A stretch of 64,000 bases of DNA. It comes from Cyanophyceae cyanobacterium (GTDB taxonomy: Bacteria > Cyanobacteriota > Cyanobacteriia > Cyanobacteriales > JBHJGN01). The stretch lies in assembly GCA_050331735.1 (NCBI GenBank), contig JBHJGN010000044.1, forward strand, positions 1 to 64,000. Direction: 5' to 3'. Position numbers and translations under genes: made by a program. The notes beneath the pieces were generated by a model. It did no database searches. It was not told the DNA's origin and was given only the letters and a program-made list of their open reading frames with translations. Positions 20,599-30,397 of this stretch are shown piece after piece; within the stretch, counting starts at the first letter, position 1, and the number at the start of each line of letters is the position of its first letter.

Positions 20599-21104
20599 TA
20601 TTCTTTCTCCAAAGCGTTCAAGCGGATGCTTTTGAGGACTGTTGGCTCTCCTGGAGAGACTGAATCTCTTGAGAGAACTAGAGGATGATTCTCCAGTTGT
20701 AGACCTGTTAAAGTTTTGTTGTGCGTATTTTGGTATTGCTCAACAAATTGAGCAATTTGCTCGGAGTCATTTTCGATAACGGCCTTGATAACATTCTTCT
20801 GAAATAGCCAGAAGCCCATGCCTAAGTCCTCTGGGAGAATTGTCACTTGAGAAGAGTCTGACAGTAATCCCAAGAGCACATATTGCTCAATCTTGTCTCC
20901 TTCGTAATACCGCCGACTGTACATCGGATAAGTCAGAAACGGATAGAAATAAGGATCGGAGCCAAGACGAGAGCACCAGGATTGGGCTTCAGGACAAGCC
21001 TTTTTTAAATCTGCCAGAGCTTGAAAAGAGAGAACAAGCAAAATAACGAGAGATATAGGTAAGCTAACCAGTTTGTTGAAATTGGTCTTGTCGGTATTGG
21101 ACAT
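20598..21104 (-). CDS. Hypothetical membrane-anchored protein (probable HTTM partner)
   Basis: N-terminal TM, YPFLTYPMYS motif, 1-nt overlap with the downstream gene. Confidence 0.65.
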   Translation of the reverse strand: MSNTDKTNFNKLVSLPISLVILLVLSFQALADLKKACPEAQSWCSRLGSDPYFYPFLTYPMYSRRYYEGDKIEQYVLLGLLSDSSQVTILPEDLGMGFWLFQKNVIKAVIENDSEQIAQFVEQYQNTHNKTLTGLQLENHPLVLSRDSVSPGEPTVLKSIRLNALEKE

Positions 21105-21209
21105 AGCTGCTTACTGGGCAGCTTTCGTCTGCTGCCCAGGTCAAATAAATGTGTGCTATGGGTGAGGAGTTTTTGATGAGCCTGGCATCGTGTTGGTTTA
21201 GCCTGAGAA

Positions 21210-21983
21210 TTACCAGATTTTCCAGGGAGCCCGGTCTTGATTCCAGAGGTTTTCCAGGTACCGTTTATCACGCAGCGTGTCCATGGGCTGCCAGAAACCG
21301 TCATGCCTGTAGGCAGAAAGCTGACCTAAATGAGCTAGCTTTTGTAACGGCTCTTGTTCCCAGACAGTGGCATCTTCCTCAATAAAATCGATTACTTCAG
21401 GCTCGAGCACAAAATAGCCTCCATTAATCCAGGCTCCATCTCCTTCCGGCTTTTCCTGAAAACTAGTAATTTTTGTTTGTTCTTGCTCTAAACAGATGGC
21501 GCCAAAGCGTCCTGGCGGCTGAGTTGCAGTCAATGTAGCTAGAGTGTTTTGGGCTTTGTGAAAGGCAATCAGCTCTTGGATGTTGATATTGCTCACCCCG
21601 TCTCCATAGGTAAAGCAAAAGGTTTCGGTGCCAACGTGTTCTCGGACTCGCTTTAGCCGCCCGCCTGTCATTGTATTGGCTCCCGTATCAACGAGAGTTA
21701 CTCGCCAAGGTTCGGCATAGCCGTGATGAACATTCATCTGGTTAAACCGCATATCAAAGGTCACGTCAGACATATGTAAGAAGTAATTCGCAAAATACTC
21801 CTTGATGACGTACCCCTTGTAGCCACAGCAGACGATGAAATCGTTGATGCCGTGGGCAGAGTAAATCTTCATAATGTGCCATAGAATAGGCTTTCCGCCG
21901 ATTTCAACCATTGGCTTTGGTCGAACGGATGTTTCTTCACTGAGACGAGTGCCTAATCCTCCAGCAAGGATGACTGCTTTCAT
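21210..21983 (-). CDS. rfbF: Glucose-1-phosphate cytidylyltransferase
   Basis: [45 protein letters not shown]. Confidence 0.95.
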   Translation of the reverse strand: MKAVILAGGLGTRLSEETSVRPKPMVEIGGKPILWHIMKIYSAHGINDFIVCCGYKGYVIKEYFANYFLHMSDVTFDMRFNQMNVHHGYAEPWRVTLVDTGANTMTGGRLKRVREHVGTETFCFTYGDGVSNINIQELIAFHKAQNTLATLTATQPPGRFGAICLEQEQTKITSFQEKPEGDGAWINGGYFVLEPEVIDFIEEDATVWEQEPLQKLAHLGQLSAYRHDGFWQPMDTLRDKRYLENLWNQDRAPWKIW

Positions 21984-22041
21984 GGGTTTACCTCTTCTTG
22001 ATGTTGACAATGATGAAAAATGCCTTTGTTAAAGATGTCCT

Positions 22042-22992
22042 TTATCCAGGGAGTTGCAGCTTTTCTACTCTGCTTGCTTCAAAATTCAGGAACGGCTTGA
22101 TAAAAGGCCAAGTGACAGCCTTAATGAGATCTTTGACTAGCCAAACCCAATTCCACGCACACCAAGTTGCCATCTGGCGATAGCAATAGATTTTCTCGAA
22201 TCGGCTCATTGAATTGCGCTCTATTGATTTAAGGTATTCAAAGAACCATTTCCATTTTGTAAGTTGAAGCTTACCTTTTTTGGTCGGATCGTACCAAGCA
22301 ATTCTTTCTCGGTAGGTAGGATAAGCTTTGACTGACGTGTTTGGATGCTCTCTTTTAAAAAACAGGTACTCAGGAACTTCAAAAAATTCGCCTTGAAGTA
22401 CCAATTGTCCTAAGAGGACTAAATCAGAGGAGGGATAACTACCGATAAGAGATGTTGACTTGAGTTTGTCTGTTCTAATCAGTCCATGCAGAGGATTACA
22501 TTTATTGCCATGACGGACTAACTGATGATAGTGCTTGAATCGCTGGTGAGGCTTATGCGAACGCAGATTAAAGTTGTCATTGTATTCTTCTAACTGTTCT
22601 CCCTTCTCATTGAGAATCATTGTTTTGGGATAACAGAGAACAACAGCAGGATAATTGTCTAAGATTTCAACACACTTTTCCAGTAATACTGGGGCACAAA
22701 GATCATCGTGGTGCGCCCATTTAAAGTATTTTCCTCTAGATAGCTCAACAACGCGATTCTGATTTTTAGCTGCTCCGAGATTGTGAGAATTTTGATGGTA
22801 ACGGATGCGCTCGTCTTTGGCAGCGTAGGCTTGGCAAATTGCCGGAGTTTTATCGGTTGAGCTGTTGTCTGAAATAACAAGTTCAAAGTCTTGATAGGTT
22901 TGTACCAGGATTGACTCAATAGCCTCTTCAAGAAATCGCTCTCCATTGTATACCGGCAGCCCGATACTAACGTGAGGGGGATAAGTATTCAT
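22042..22992 (-). CDS. Glycosyltransferase family 2
   Basis: VSIGLPVYNGE, SDNSSTD, WAHHDD. Confidence 0.9.
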   Translation of the reverse strand: MNTYPPHVSIGLPVYNGERFLEEAIESILVQTYQDFELVISDNSSTDKTPAICQAYAAKDERIRYHQNSHNLGAAKNQNRVVELSRGKYFKWAHHDDLCAPVLLEKCVEILDNYPAVVLCYPKTMILNEKGEQLEEYNDNFNLRSHKPHQRFKHYHQLVRHGNKCNPLHGLIRTDKLKSTSLIGSYPSSDLVLLGQLVLQGEFFEVPEYLFFKREHPNTSVKAYPTYRERIAWYDPTKKGKLQLTKWKWFFEYLKSIERNSMSRFEKIYCYRQMATWCAWNWVWLVKDLIKAVTWPFIKPFLNFEASRVEKLQLPG

Positions 22993-23010
22993 GTATCAAT
23001 ATAGATATGA

Positions 23011-23754
23011 TCAAGTTAGGTTGTTACGCAGTTTAACGACGCGAGCCGGAACCCCGACAGCGATCGCGCCGTCGGGAATGCTTTTAGTAACAACAGCGCC
23101 AGCTCCAATGGCCGCTCCCTTGCCGATGCGTACGCCTTCTAGGACAATGACGCCAAAACCCAACCAAACATCATCGCCAATCACAATGTCTCCTTTACTT
23201 GTGAGGGGTTGCGTCATAATGGGCTGATTGGGAGCAATGCCGTGATTGTAGGGATAGAACGCGCAGTTGGGCGCAATTTGTACCCGAGAACCAATTTTAA
23301 TGGCTGCTTTATAAGCTGAGAACTGACAGCGAGGCTGAATATGAGTATCTGAACCGATCTTCAGCATTCCGTGTTCTCCAGTCTGAATACAAATATCTCC
23401 GTAAAGATGGACACGGTCTTGTAGGTCAACCTCACCACCGTTTCTGTCCTGGAAAATTGTGACACGATCACCAATAAAAATATTCGCACCGAGCCGCAAA
23501 TTCTGATGATAGAGTGTTGCATTAGGAGCAATATAGCCTCGAGAATTATAACGAGCCAAGCGGCGGCGTTCGTAATACGGCGGAGCCAACCATGTCGCTA
23601 GCCAAGTTGCTATTTGTCCGGTATATCCTCTGCCAGCAAATTGCATCCAAAAAAGCATCCATGCAGTGGAAACAATTCCGCTTGTGCCAGTTAGCTGCCA
23701 AGTTTTACGAAACCGCAACCAAGAATATGAAGAGTTATCCTGTATTGATGCCAT
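23011..23754 (-). CDS. Left-handed beta-helix acyltransferase
   Basis: IGDDVWLGFGVIVLEGVRIG, AVGVPARV. Confidence 0.88.
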   Translation of the reverse strand: MASIQDNSSYSWLRFRKTWQLTGTSGIVSTAWMLFWMQFAGRGYTGQIATWLATWLAPPYYERRRLARYNSRGYIAPNATLYHQNLRLGANIFIGDRVTIFQDRNGGEVDLQDRVHLYGDICIQTGEHGMLKIGSDTHIQPRCQFSAYKAAIKIGSRVQIAPNCAFYPYNHGIAPNQPIMTQPLTSKGDIVIGDDVWLGFGVIVLEGVRIGKGAAIGAGAVVTKSIPDGAIAVGVPARVVKLRNNLT

Positions 23755-23830
23755 AACTATTTATGTACTCACAAAACCTCATTGGTGCTCTTAAAACGCC
23801 GTTTGCTACTTTATGCATCTCAAGAAAATG

Positions 23831-24349
23831 TTAAACTTGAACTTGAATTTGAGTCGAAAGCTCAGTATTACTATACTGACGGACTAAATGATCTACTAGT
23901 AAAGGTGCAGTGAACAGCTCCTTGCTAAAAGGAGTTGGACGGTGCTTGACGTAGTTGGCTAACTGCTCAAATTCGGTGCAGTAGCATACGCCGAATTTTT
24001 CTACGGCGCGAGCAAACAGCAGTTGATGGTCGTCAACGTGTTCTCCGTAACACTTTAATCGAGGTAGTAGAACAAAACTAGTTTTCATTTCTGCCAGTAA
24101 ACGCGTTGAGCCTTGTCCAGCATGGGAAATAATAAATGAAGCTTGTCGAATAGATTGTGTCATTTCACTATTGCTCAAGGAAACAACGCTAGTTAGTAAA
24201 GGATGGCTAAGATTATTGGCAAGAGTTGAACCATGCTGGAATAGAACTGGCTCATCAATAATCTTTTGATTAAGCAGTTTTTGTAGCCAGTCAACTGCTC
24301 GTTCAAAAGGAAATAAACTCGTTCCAAGGGTAACGACAATCATTAACAA
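23831..24349 (-). CDS. PssE/Alg13-like glycosyltransferase catalytic subunit (GT28 C-terminal)
   Basis: IVVTLGT, ISHAGQG, LPRLK..GEHVDDHQ. Confidence 0.88.
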   Translation of the reverse strand: MLMIVVTLGTSLFPFERAVDWLQKLLNQKIIDEPVLFQHGSTLANNLSHPLLTSVVSLSNSEMTQSIRQASFIISHAGQGSTRLLAEMKTSFVLLPRLKCYGEHVDDHQLLFARAVEKFGVCYCTEFEQLANYVKHRPTPFSKELFTAPLLVDHLVRQYSNTELSTQIQVQV

Positions 24350-24430
24350 ATACCTCTGTACTAATTGCTATAGAAAAAATATTTTTGGTAATGCTGTACT
24401 TAAAGCCAGAAGAATTCAAAAAGCCCATCG

Positions 24431-24949
24431 CTAAGAATGACCAACGATTTGTTGATTGTCACTATTTCCACTAGAGAACAGCAATTTTGCCCTTATTAAG
24501 CTGCAATCATCACTCGGCTTATCTGCTAGGTCGGCTATCGGACTCCAATCAGAGAAGAGATGTTCTTGTTCCTTCGACAAGTAACGGGAGTTGACCCGAT
24601 AGTGTTTTCTTCCTACTTCTAAATACCACTTTCCTACTTCTTTGTTGTTTTCTACTCCATAAAAGCTTTCTTTTATATAGTTGCAGTAGAGACATTGACT
24701 ATAAACCTGTAAGTTTTCAAGATTTTGTGTATTTGTTTCAGAAGCATCAACTTTCCAAAAAACTTTGTTCCAGTCTCGTGAACCACAACACGGACAGGCT
24801 TCTGGAAAAATCAATAAATATTCGTGAAGAGACTGAGGACCATCGTTGATGATTCTGCATATAGTTTTTTTTCTTTTGCTTTTGGTAAGTTTTTTGAAAA
24901 TGCCAAAAACTAGCAAAAGAAAAAGTAGCAATAAAACTGCAAAAGGCAT
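24431..24949 (-). CDS. Hypothetical membrane-anchored protein with CxxC...CxxC zinc-ribbon-like motif
   Basis: N-terminal TM, basic stretch, CPCCG...CLYC. Confidence 0.5.
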   Translation of the reverse strand: MPFAVLLLLFLLLVFGIFKKLTKSKRKKTICRIINDGPQSLHEYLLIFPEACPCCGSRDWNKVFWKVDASETNTQNLENLQVYSQCLYCNYIKESFYGVENNKEVGKWYLEVGRKHYRVNSRYLSKEQEHLFSDWSPIADLADKPSDDCSLIRAKLLFSSGNSDNQQIVGHS

Positions 24950-25059
24950 TATTGTTCTTTTCCTGATTCTGACTTATTAGTTGCCGGATAAATACTGCTA
25001 ATGGCTGCTTAGAAAGTAGGCAATTTCAATCCAGCCTAGTTTTCAGCATTGCTCCAGAT

Positions 25060-25512
25060 CTAGGCAACGATTCCTTTATATATAGCTTTTGGATAACGCT
25101 CGAGACACTCCGCCCATTGAACGTAAAATTCATCAACTACATAGTAAACTAGCTTGCCGCTTAGGCTTAAGCTTCTGGAACGAGAAATGCTTTCTACGTA
25201 GATTGTCTTAACACCATAAAGCTTACTTGCAAAAATGAAAGGAACAGCCAAACCAGCTCCGGTTGAAATGACTAGATCTGGCCTGCTTTTACGTAGAATA
25301 AATAAAGCTTTGACAAAATTGACCAAAGCTTTATCTAGCATTCTTGCTTCTTGGAGTAATACCCAATAGACTGTCTCACGATCTCTGATTAATTTACTAG
25401 TATCATACTTTCGATACGTTACCCATTCCCGATCGTGGTCCGACCAAAATCGCTTTAACCCCATCATTGTTGAAAAATGTCCGCCAGGGTTACAAATCAA
25501 TAACAATCTCAT
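25060..25512 (-). CDS. PssD/Alg14-like glycosyltransferase accessory subunit
   Basis: CNPGGH, PDLVISTGAGLAVP, YVESISR, FYVQW. Confidence 0.9.
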   Translation of the reverse strand: MRLLLICNPGGHFSTMMGLKRFWSDHDREWVTYRKYDTSKLIRDRETVYWVLLQEARMLDKALVNFVKALFILRKSRPDLVISTGAGLAVPFIFASKLYGVKTIYVESISRSRSLSLSGKLVYYVVDEFYVQWAECLERYPKAIYKGIVA

Positions 25513-25841
25513 CCTGAATCGTCCCGCTTTAATTTGCAAGCTTTTTGCTGAATCTTTGAAAAAAAAAACACCGGTTTAAACATAGAAAACACAGGAGGAA
25601 ACACGCTTATCTAGAACTTAAGACTGGTGGCAGCTCTAACGCTGTTTGCCAAAGTCAATTAACAAGGCACTACAAGGAGCTGCTAGGGGTTGCCAATGTT
25701 ACTGTGAAAACGTAAAAAAGCATTCCTAGGTCTCTGTGTTTTCTCCTATTATTCTTATGATTGCTAATTTCTACTGCTTATTGACGACTGACAGATGCTT
25801 AAAGCATTATTTGCCAATCGGAGTTAGCTTATGTTAAGCAG

Positions 25842-26762
25842 TTAATTAGTCTTGACGTTATGCTGTGGCGCTACGTCCTGATATTCTGCTTTAGCATTGC
25901 CAATCCGAATTTCGTCAATGTAAAGCGTACGCTTATTGATTGAAGATGTAGTGGAGTCGTCTTTCCAGCTTGGTTTATAAATACCAATTTTGAAATACGG
26001 ACCAATTAAATCATGAAAGGTATTAGGTCCGGTTCTATTCACGACGAGGTTACCATTTTTCCAAACTTTCAGTAAACCATCTGACTCGTGTGACCACTTA
26101 ACATAAAATACCCAATCTGTCCAAACACCTCTCTCATAGGCACCTAAATCGATACTTTCTGTATCGCCTGTTGATACACCAGGTTGAAAGAGACCACCCT
26201 GAGTTACTTTATTAGAGTCCCAGCGACGGTAAATTGACCAGTTTCCATTAGCAGTAATCAAAGCAAGAGGTGGAGTCCTCCAAGTTTCTTGTCGGTAAAA
26301 GTCAGGGACGGAATGCCATTGGGTGACAATTTCTAAGGAATCGTCAGCTATATAGTCGGCTGGTAAGAATATACTAAAGCCATACCAGCGCTCAGTCCCC
26401 ATTCCAAATAGTCCATACCTTTTTATTTCTGAGCGTACGCTGTTTTCAACAAGAGGGTCTTGGCGGTAGAGAGTCACTTTTGCTGCCTGTTCGCCACTGC
26501 GTACTAAAGATGATTCTAGTCTGAGGGAGTGCCGACAACATAAGTCTCTAGCCCATCCAGCAATATTGTTAGCTTCAAAATCTTCACTGAAGAGCAGCGA
26601 GCCGAACTTAAAAGAATCATTAATTTGGTGTTTTAACTTATCCCGATGAGGTACGATAGAGGTGGTAATCGTTGTTGCTATTAAGCCCAACGTCAGTAAA
26701 GCCACAAACTTTAGGAGAGTTTTGTTGAAATAAACTGGGAGAAGTTTCGATTTTTCCATCAT
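25842..26762 (-). CDS. Secreted/periplasmic polysaccharide lyase (jelly-roll, PL20-like)
   Basis: N-terminal TM/signal, RSE, WYGFSIFLP, QWH, YFKIGIYK, YIDEIRIG. Confidence 0.8.
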   Translation of the reverse strand: MMEKSKLLPVYFNKTLLKFVALLTLGLIATTITTSIVPHRDKLKHQINDSFKFGSLLFSEDFEANNIAGWARDLCCRHSLRLESSLVRSGEQAAKVTLYRQDPLVENSVRSEIKRYGLFGMGTERWYGFSIFLPADYIADDSLEIVTQWHSVPDFYRQETWRTPPLALITANGNWSIYRRWDSNKVTQGGLFQPGVSTGDTESIDLGAYERGVWTDWVFYVKWSHESDGLLKVWKNGNLVVNRTGPNTFHDLIGPYFKIGIYKPSWKDDSTTSSINKRTLYIDEIRIGNAKAEYQDVAPQHNVKTN

Positions 26763-26823
26763 AGTCGTAGAGCACTCATGGATAGTGCTGTTAAAAGAGT
26801 TTTTTGTCTCAAGATTTTACTGA

Positions 26824-27867
26824 TTATTTGCTAGCTACCTTCGTTCCTTCGTAAGAAGCAAAAAGCTGCCTGTAAGCTGGCTCTAGGTTGTCACTGTAGA
26901 AATTAATTCCTACTTGACGTACAATATTTAAAATATTGTCAATCTGACAATGATCTAATTTGTTTTTCCAGCCTGACAAAGGATTTATTCCACTTGCAAG
27001 ATTAGAGCTAGTTTCTGTTGAAGAACTCGGGATTTTCAGATGTTGATAAGCTTGTGCAGGAACAGGCTTACCTAAATACTGAAAGAGACGAGCTATTTCT
27101 TGTTCACCTTCTACGACTAATTTTTCGTAGGTTGTTAAGCACCAAGGATGAGGTTTTGGCTGATTGAGAGGCAGGTAGTTTTGCACAGCCCAAACAAATG
27201 CTAATCCTTCTTCCGGCGTTCTTAGCCTTTGCTGAACTTCTTTCAGGTGAGGATACTCCATAAAAAGAGTAGGACATTCCAACAACAGCCCTAACAGACT
27301 GCTGTCATGATCTTCCCAATGTTTCCAATCTAGGGTGTGTGCCCAAGACCAATGAGGACTCCTGAGTTGAGAAGCAACCACAGCACAAGGATGGCGAACC
27401 ATGAAAAGAGTTCGTAGAGGAAATTGCTTGAGTGTAGGATAAAGGCGGAGATTTAGACCAATAAACTTGACGATAAATCCTTTAAAATTAAGATATTGCT
27501 CAGGTTTAAAGTGAGACAACAATACTAAGCGAGCAGACAGATTAGCACCAGTAAAAATCTGTCGCAGATAAGCATTCTGTAGAGAATTGCTCTCTACGTT
27601 TTGTGGATAACTGCTGTAGGAAAAGTATTTGAGACAATCTGGATTGCGTTTTAAGTTGAGCGGCTCATAGAGAATTGGATATCCAGGTAGCGTACCAACA
27701 ATTTCCGCTAGCCATGTAGAACCGCCTCTTCCTGAGCTTGCTACGATCAAAGTGTTGTCAATATCATAGCAGCGAGCATTAATTCGTCCCCAGATTTGCA
27801 AAAACGGATTAGCAGCGGTTCTAATTGCTGCTCTTTTAAACCGTTCAGCTACCTGTGTGTTGTTCAT
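26824..27867 (-). CDS. Sulfotransferase
   Basis: SSGRGGSTWL 5'-PSB, VRHPCAVVAS 3'-PB, YEKLV. Confidence 0.85.
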   Translation of the reverse strand: MNNTQVAERFKRAAIRTAANPFLQIWGRINARCYDIDNTLIVASSGRGGSTWLAEIVGTLPGYPILYEPLNLKRNPDCLKYFSYSSYPQNVESNSLQNAYLRQIFTGANLSARLVLLSHFKPEQYLNFKGFIVKFIGLNLRLYPTLKQFPLRTLFMVRHPCAVVASQLRSPHWSWAHTLDWKHWEDHDSSLLGLLLECPTLFMEYPHLKEVQQRLRTPEEGLAFVWAVQNYLPLNQPKPHPWCLTTYEKLVVEGEQEIARLFQYLGKPVPAQAYQHLKIPSSSTETSSNLASGINPLSGWKNKLDHCQIDNILNIVRQVGINFYSDNLEPAYRQLFASYEGTKVASK

Positions 27868-27967
27868 TACTAAATTAGTATTTTTGAGATTGTTTAGACT
27901 TAATTACTTGATTTGATCGCATTTATGCAATCAAGCTGTGTTGATGGTCCTACCGAATAAAGCAACA

Positions 27968-28885
27968 TTAGCTTGATAGTGAAGATGAGTACCCTACTAA
28001 TTCTTTGTAGACTCTGTGAGTGATGCGGTTGTAGTATGAACGCATAGTGTAGTAAGGTTTAAGCCTACTAGTTTGGTTGGCTTTTTTCAACTCTTCGACT
28101 TCCTGAGCAAAGGAGCTTCCTTGTTGCTGAATCAATTCTCGAAAAAATGCCTGGGCATAACTGTAAAGTTGAATGTCTAAATCATTATATTCTTCTATTA
28201 AGAAGAGAGTTGATTGCGGAATATTACGGAGAGAAGGTCTTTGTTTAGAGACATTACTTCTATAATAGAGAGGAAGTTTCCAACCCAGTATTTTTCTAAG
28301 CAGTACTAAAGTTTCTTCAAACTCTGAAGATATCCCTACAACGCTAAAATGTTCTTTAAGGTTCCTTTTGGCTAGCTCTAGAGTTTGCGAAGTAAGAGAG
28401 TAATCTTTATCTAAATCATCTTCGCTTCTTGTAGAAGCTTGCATTTGAATCTGTAGCTTGATGCCAGAAAAATATTTTGTCATATCATTTTTAGTGAATG
28501 ACACTCTAGACTTAACAAAGTCTTCTAAGTCCACTTCTTTGGCAAATGATGGTCTAGTGCGACAAAGATAATAGTACATGGAAATAACACGCTCGACCGG
28601 ATGACGAAGCATGGTAATGTAGGTGAATTGCCTATCCAAAAATTCGTGCAGCCCAAAACCAAAATGAGCGTTAACAATCTTGATTTTGTTTCTATCGGTC
28701 GTTGAGAGGTTTTTAAGACTTTCTAATCGCTGGCGATGAGTAGAAGATGAACCGTAAGCCTCGTAGACGGCAAGAGGATTTGCTTGATACTGAATGATAT
28801 ACCTTAGGGTAGTTCCCGCCGCCTTTGGTATATGCATAAAGATCACTACTTTTTGCGCCTCTTTGCTTTTGATAAAATTGTTCAT
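27968..28885 (-). CDS. Sulfotransferase family 2
   Basis: FMHIPKAAGTT, LRHPVERVISMYYY, NDLDIQLY. Confidence 0.88.
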   Translation of the reverse strand: MNNFIKSKEAQKVVIFMHIPKAAGTTLRYIIQYQANPLAVYEAYGSSSTHRQRLESLKNLSTTDRNKIKIVNAHFGFGLHEFLDRQFTYITMLRHPVERVISMYYYLCRTRPSFAKEVDLEDFVKSRVSFTKNDMTKYFSGIKLQIQMQASTRSEDDLDKDYSLTSQTLELAKRNLKEHFSVVGISSEFEETLVLLRKILGWKLPLYYRSNVSKQRPSLRNIPQSTLFLIEEYNDLDIQLYSYAQAFFRELIQQQGSSFAQEVEELKKANQTSRLKPYYTMRSYYNRITHRVYKELVGYSSSLSS

Positions 28886-28927
28886 ACGATGTATCAGCCT
28901 GTAATCAATTGAAAAATGAATACGACA

Positions 28928-30370
28928 TCAGCCAATAGGAGAAAAGGAGTTTTTAATCAAAGACAACAACATTTTAGGAATACGACCACCAGAAAAAATG
29001 GCGATCAAAATGCTGTAGCCAACTAAAAGCAGCAAAGGCTGTAGATAAACGTGGCTAGTGGAAAATGGAGTCAGATAAACGACTGCGACCGTTGCAGTCA
29101 TAGCGCTTGTAGGGAGTAATATGGTTTTGAGAGTGCTAACTACCTTCCAGCCTAGCGTACGGCAGGTAACGATCCAGAAACAGGCGGTTGCTCCTAGCCC
29201 CATTACCAGAGCCACGGCAGTTGCCACTCCTTTAGGCCCTGCAAGCCAAGCTCCTAGTAAATAGGCTGGTACCGATACGGGAATCAGAATCCAATTGATC
29301 ATGGCGTTCACGCCGGGTTTATCAGAAGCATTCAAAAGTGTGCCTAGAATGTTCATGAACAGCCGAAAGTAAGCATAAACAATAATAATTTGAAACAGCC
29401 CTACTGCTTCTTCCCACTGAGCACCATAAACGGTCGGAATAATCCAGGGAGCGGCGATAAAGGCAATACCGTAAATGAGAGCAGAGAGGAGGGAATTAAG
29501 TTCTAGCGCCGTAGAAATATATTTTTTCTTCTCAGAGCTATTCTTCTGCGACAGTGCCGAGAAGTTAACAGACTGGCTACGCGACAGGACGAACTGCGGC
29601 AGCATCGCTAGCTGATAGGCAAGATTATATTGACCTAATGCTGCTGTTCCTACCAGCTTGCCAATAATAAAGTTGTCTGTGTTGTTGTTGGTGTACGTCG
29701 CTAAATTAGTTCCTAAAACGCCGCCGATGAAGCTTTTAACTTTCTGCACCACGGACCAGTCTGGGATGAGCTGGTAGGTAAAGCGATAACCGCTCCACGA
29801 CCGAATGATGAAAGCAGTACTGGCAGACGTTAGCAAAGTGCCAGCAACAAACGACCATACCTTAGCGCCGAGAAGGGCGCAAACCAAAGTGCCACCCAAT
29901 CCAAGAATAGTTGATATCGTCTCGCAGATAGTTAGCTCTCTAAATTTCATTTGCCGAATCATCACGGCATGGTGTGTACTAGCGCCAGCTTTAAACAGAA
30001 AAGTCAAACCGACACAAGCCGTCAGTGGCCAAAGAATCGGAGTTGTAAAAAACTTGGAGAGAAAAAAGCCAAGCAGAATCTGGAGAATAAAGAGGAGCAC
30101 CGAGACGTTAACACCGAGGCTATAAACTGTGTTCAGCAGTTTCTTGTCGCTTAAGCCTTTTTGAACCAGTACTTGAGCAATAGAAGATTCACTAAAGCGC
30201 TCTGATAGCTGAATTTGAATCTGGACCATTGCCCAGATGCCAAATTCTTCAGGGGTTAACAGGTGAGCAAGGACGATTTGAGCAATCAGCTTCGTCAAAC
30301 GGTTATTAATATAGCTCGCCGTTGTCCAAAAAACTCCCCGAGCAATTTTGGCTGTATTAATTTGAGACAC
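28928..30370 (-). CDS. Wzx/WzxC-type flippase
   Basis: LAHLLTPEEFG, DNFIIGKLVG, LGQYNLAYQL, multiple TMs. Confidence 0.9.
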   Translation of the reverse strand: MSQINTAKIARGVFWTTASYINNRLTKLIAQIVLAHLLTPEEFGIWAMVQIQIQLSERFSESSIAQVLVQKGLSDKKLLNTVYSLGVNVSVLLFILQILLGFFLSKFFTTPILWPLTACVGLTFLFKAGASTHHAVMIRQMKFRELTICETISTILGLGGTLVCALLGAKVWSFVAGTLLTSASTAFIIRSWSGYRFTYQLIPDWSVVQKVKSFIGGVLGTNLATYTNNNTDNFIIGKLVGTAALGQYNLAYQLAMLPQFVLSRSQSVNFSALSQKNSSEKKKYISTALELNSLLSALIYGIAFIAAPWIIPTVYGAQWEEAVGLFQIIIVYAYFRLFMNILGTLLNASDKPGVNAMINWILIPVSVPAYLLGAWLAGPKGVATAVALVMGLGATACFWIVTCRTLGWKVVSTLKTILLPTSAMTATVAVVYLTPFSTSHVYLQPLLLLVGYSILIAIFSGGRIPKMLLSLIKNSFSPIG

Positions 30371-30397
30371 AGATCAATGCAGAGTGGTTGTGAGTAA

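Noticed and set aside
25584..25743. Long-range inverted repeat AGAAAACACAG...CTGTGTTTTCT in the lyase-pssD spacer
   Set aside because: An 11-bp match 140 nt apart with no second copy or target duplication; insufficient evidence for a MITE.
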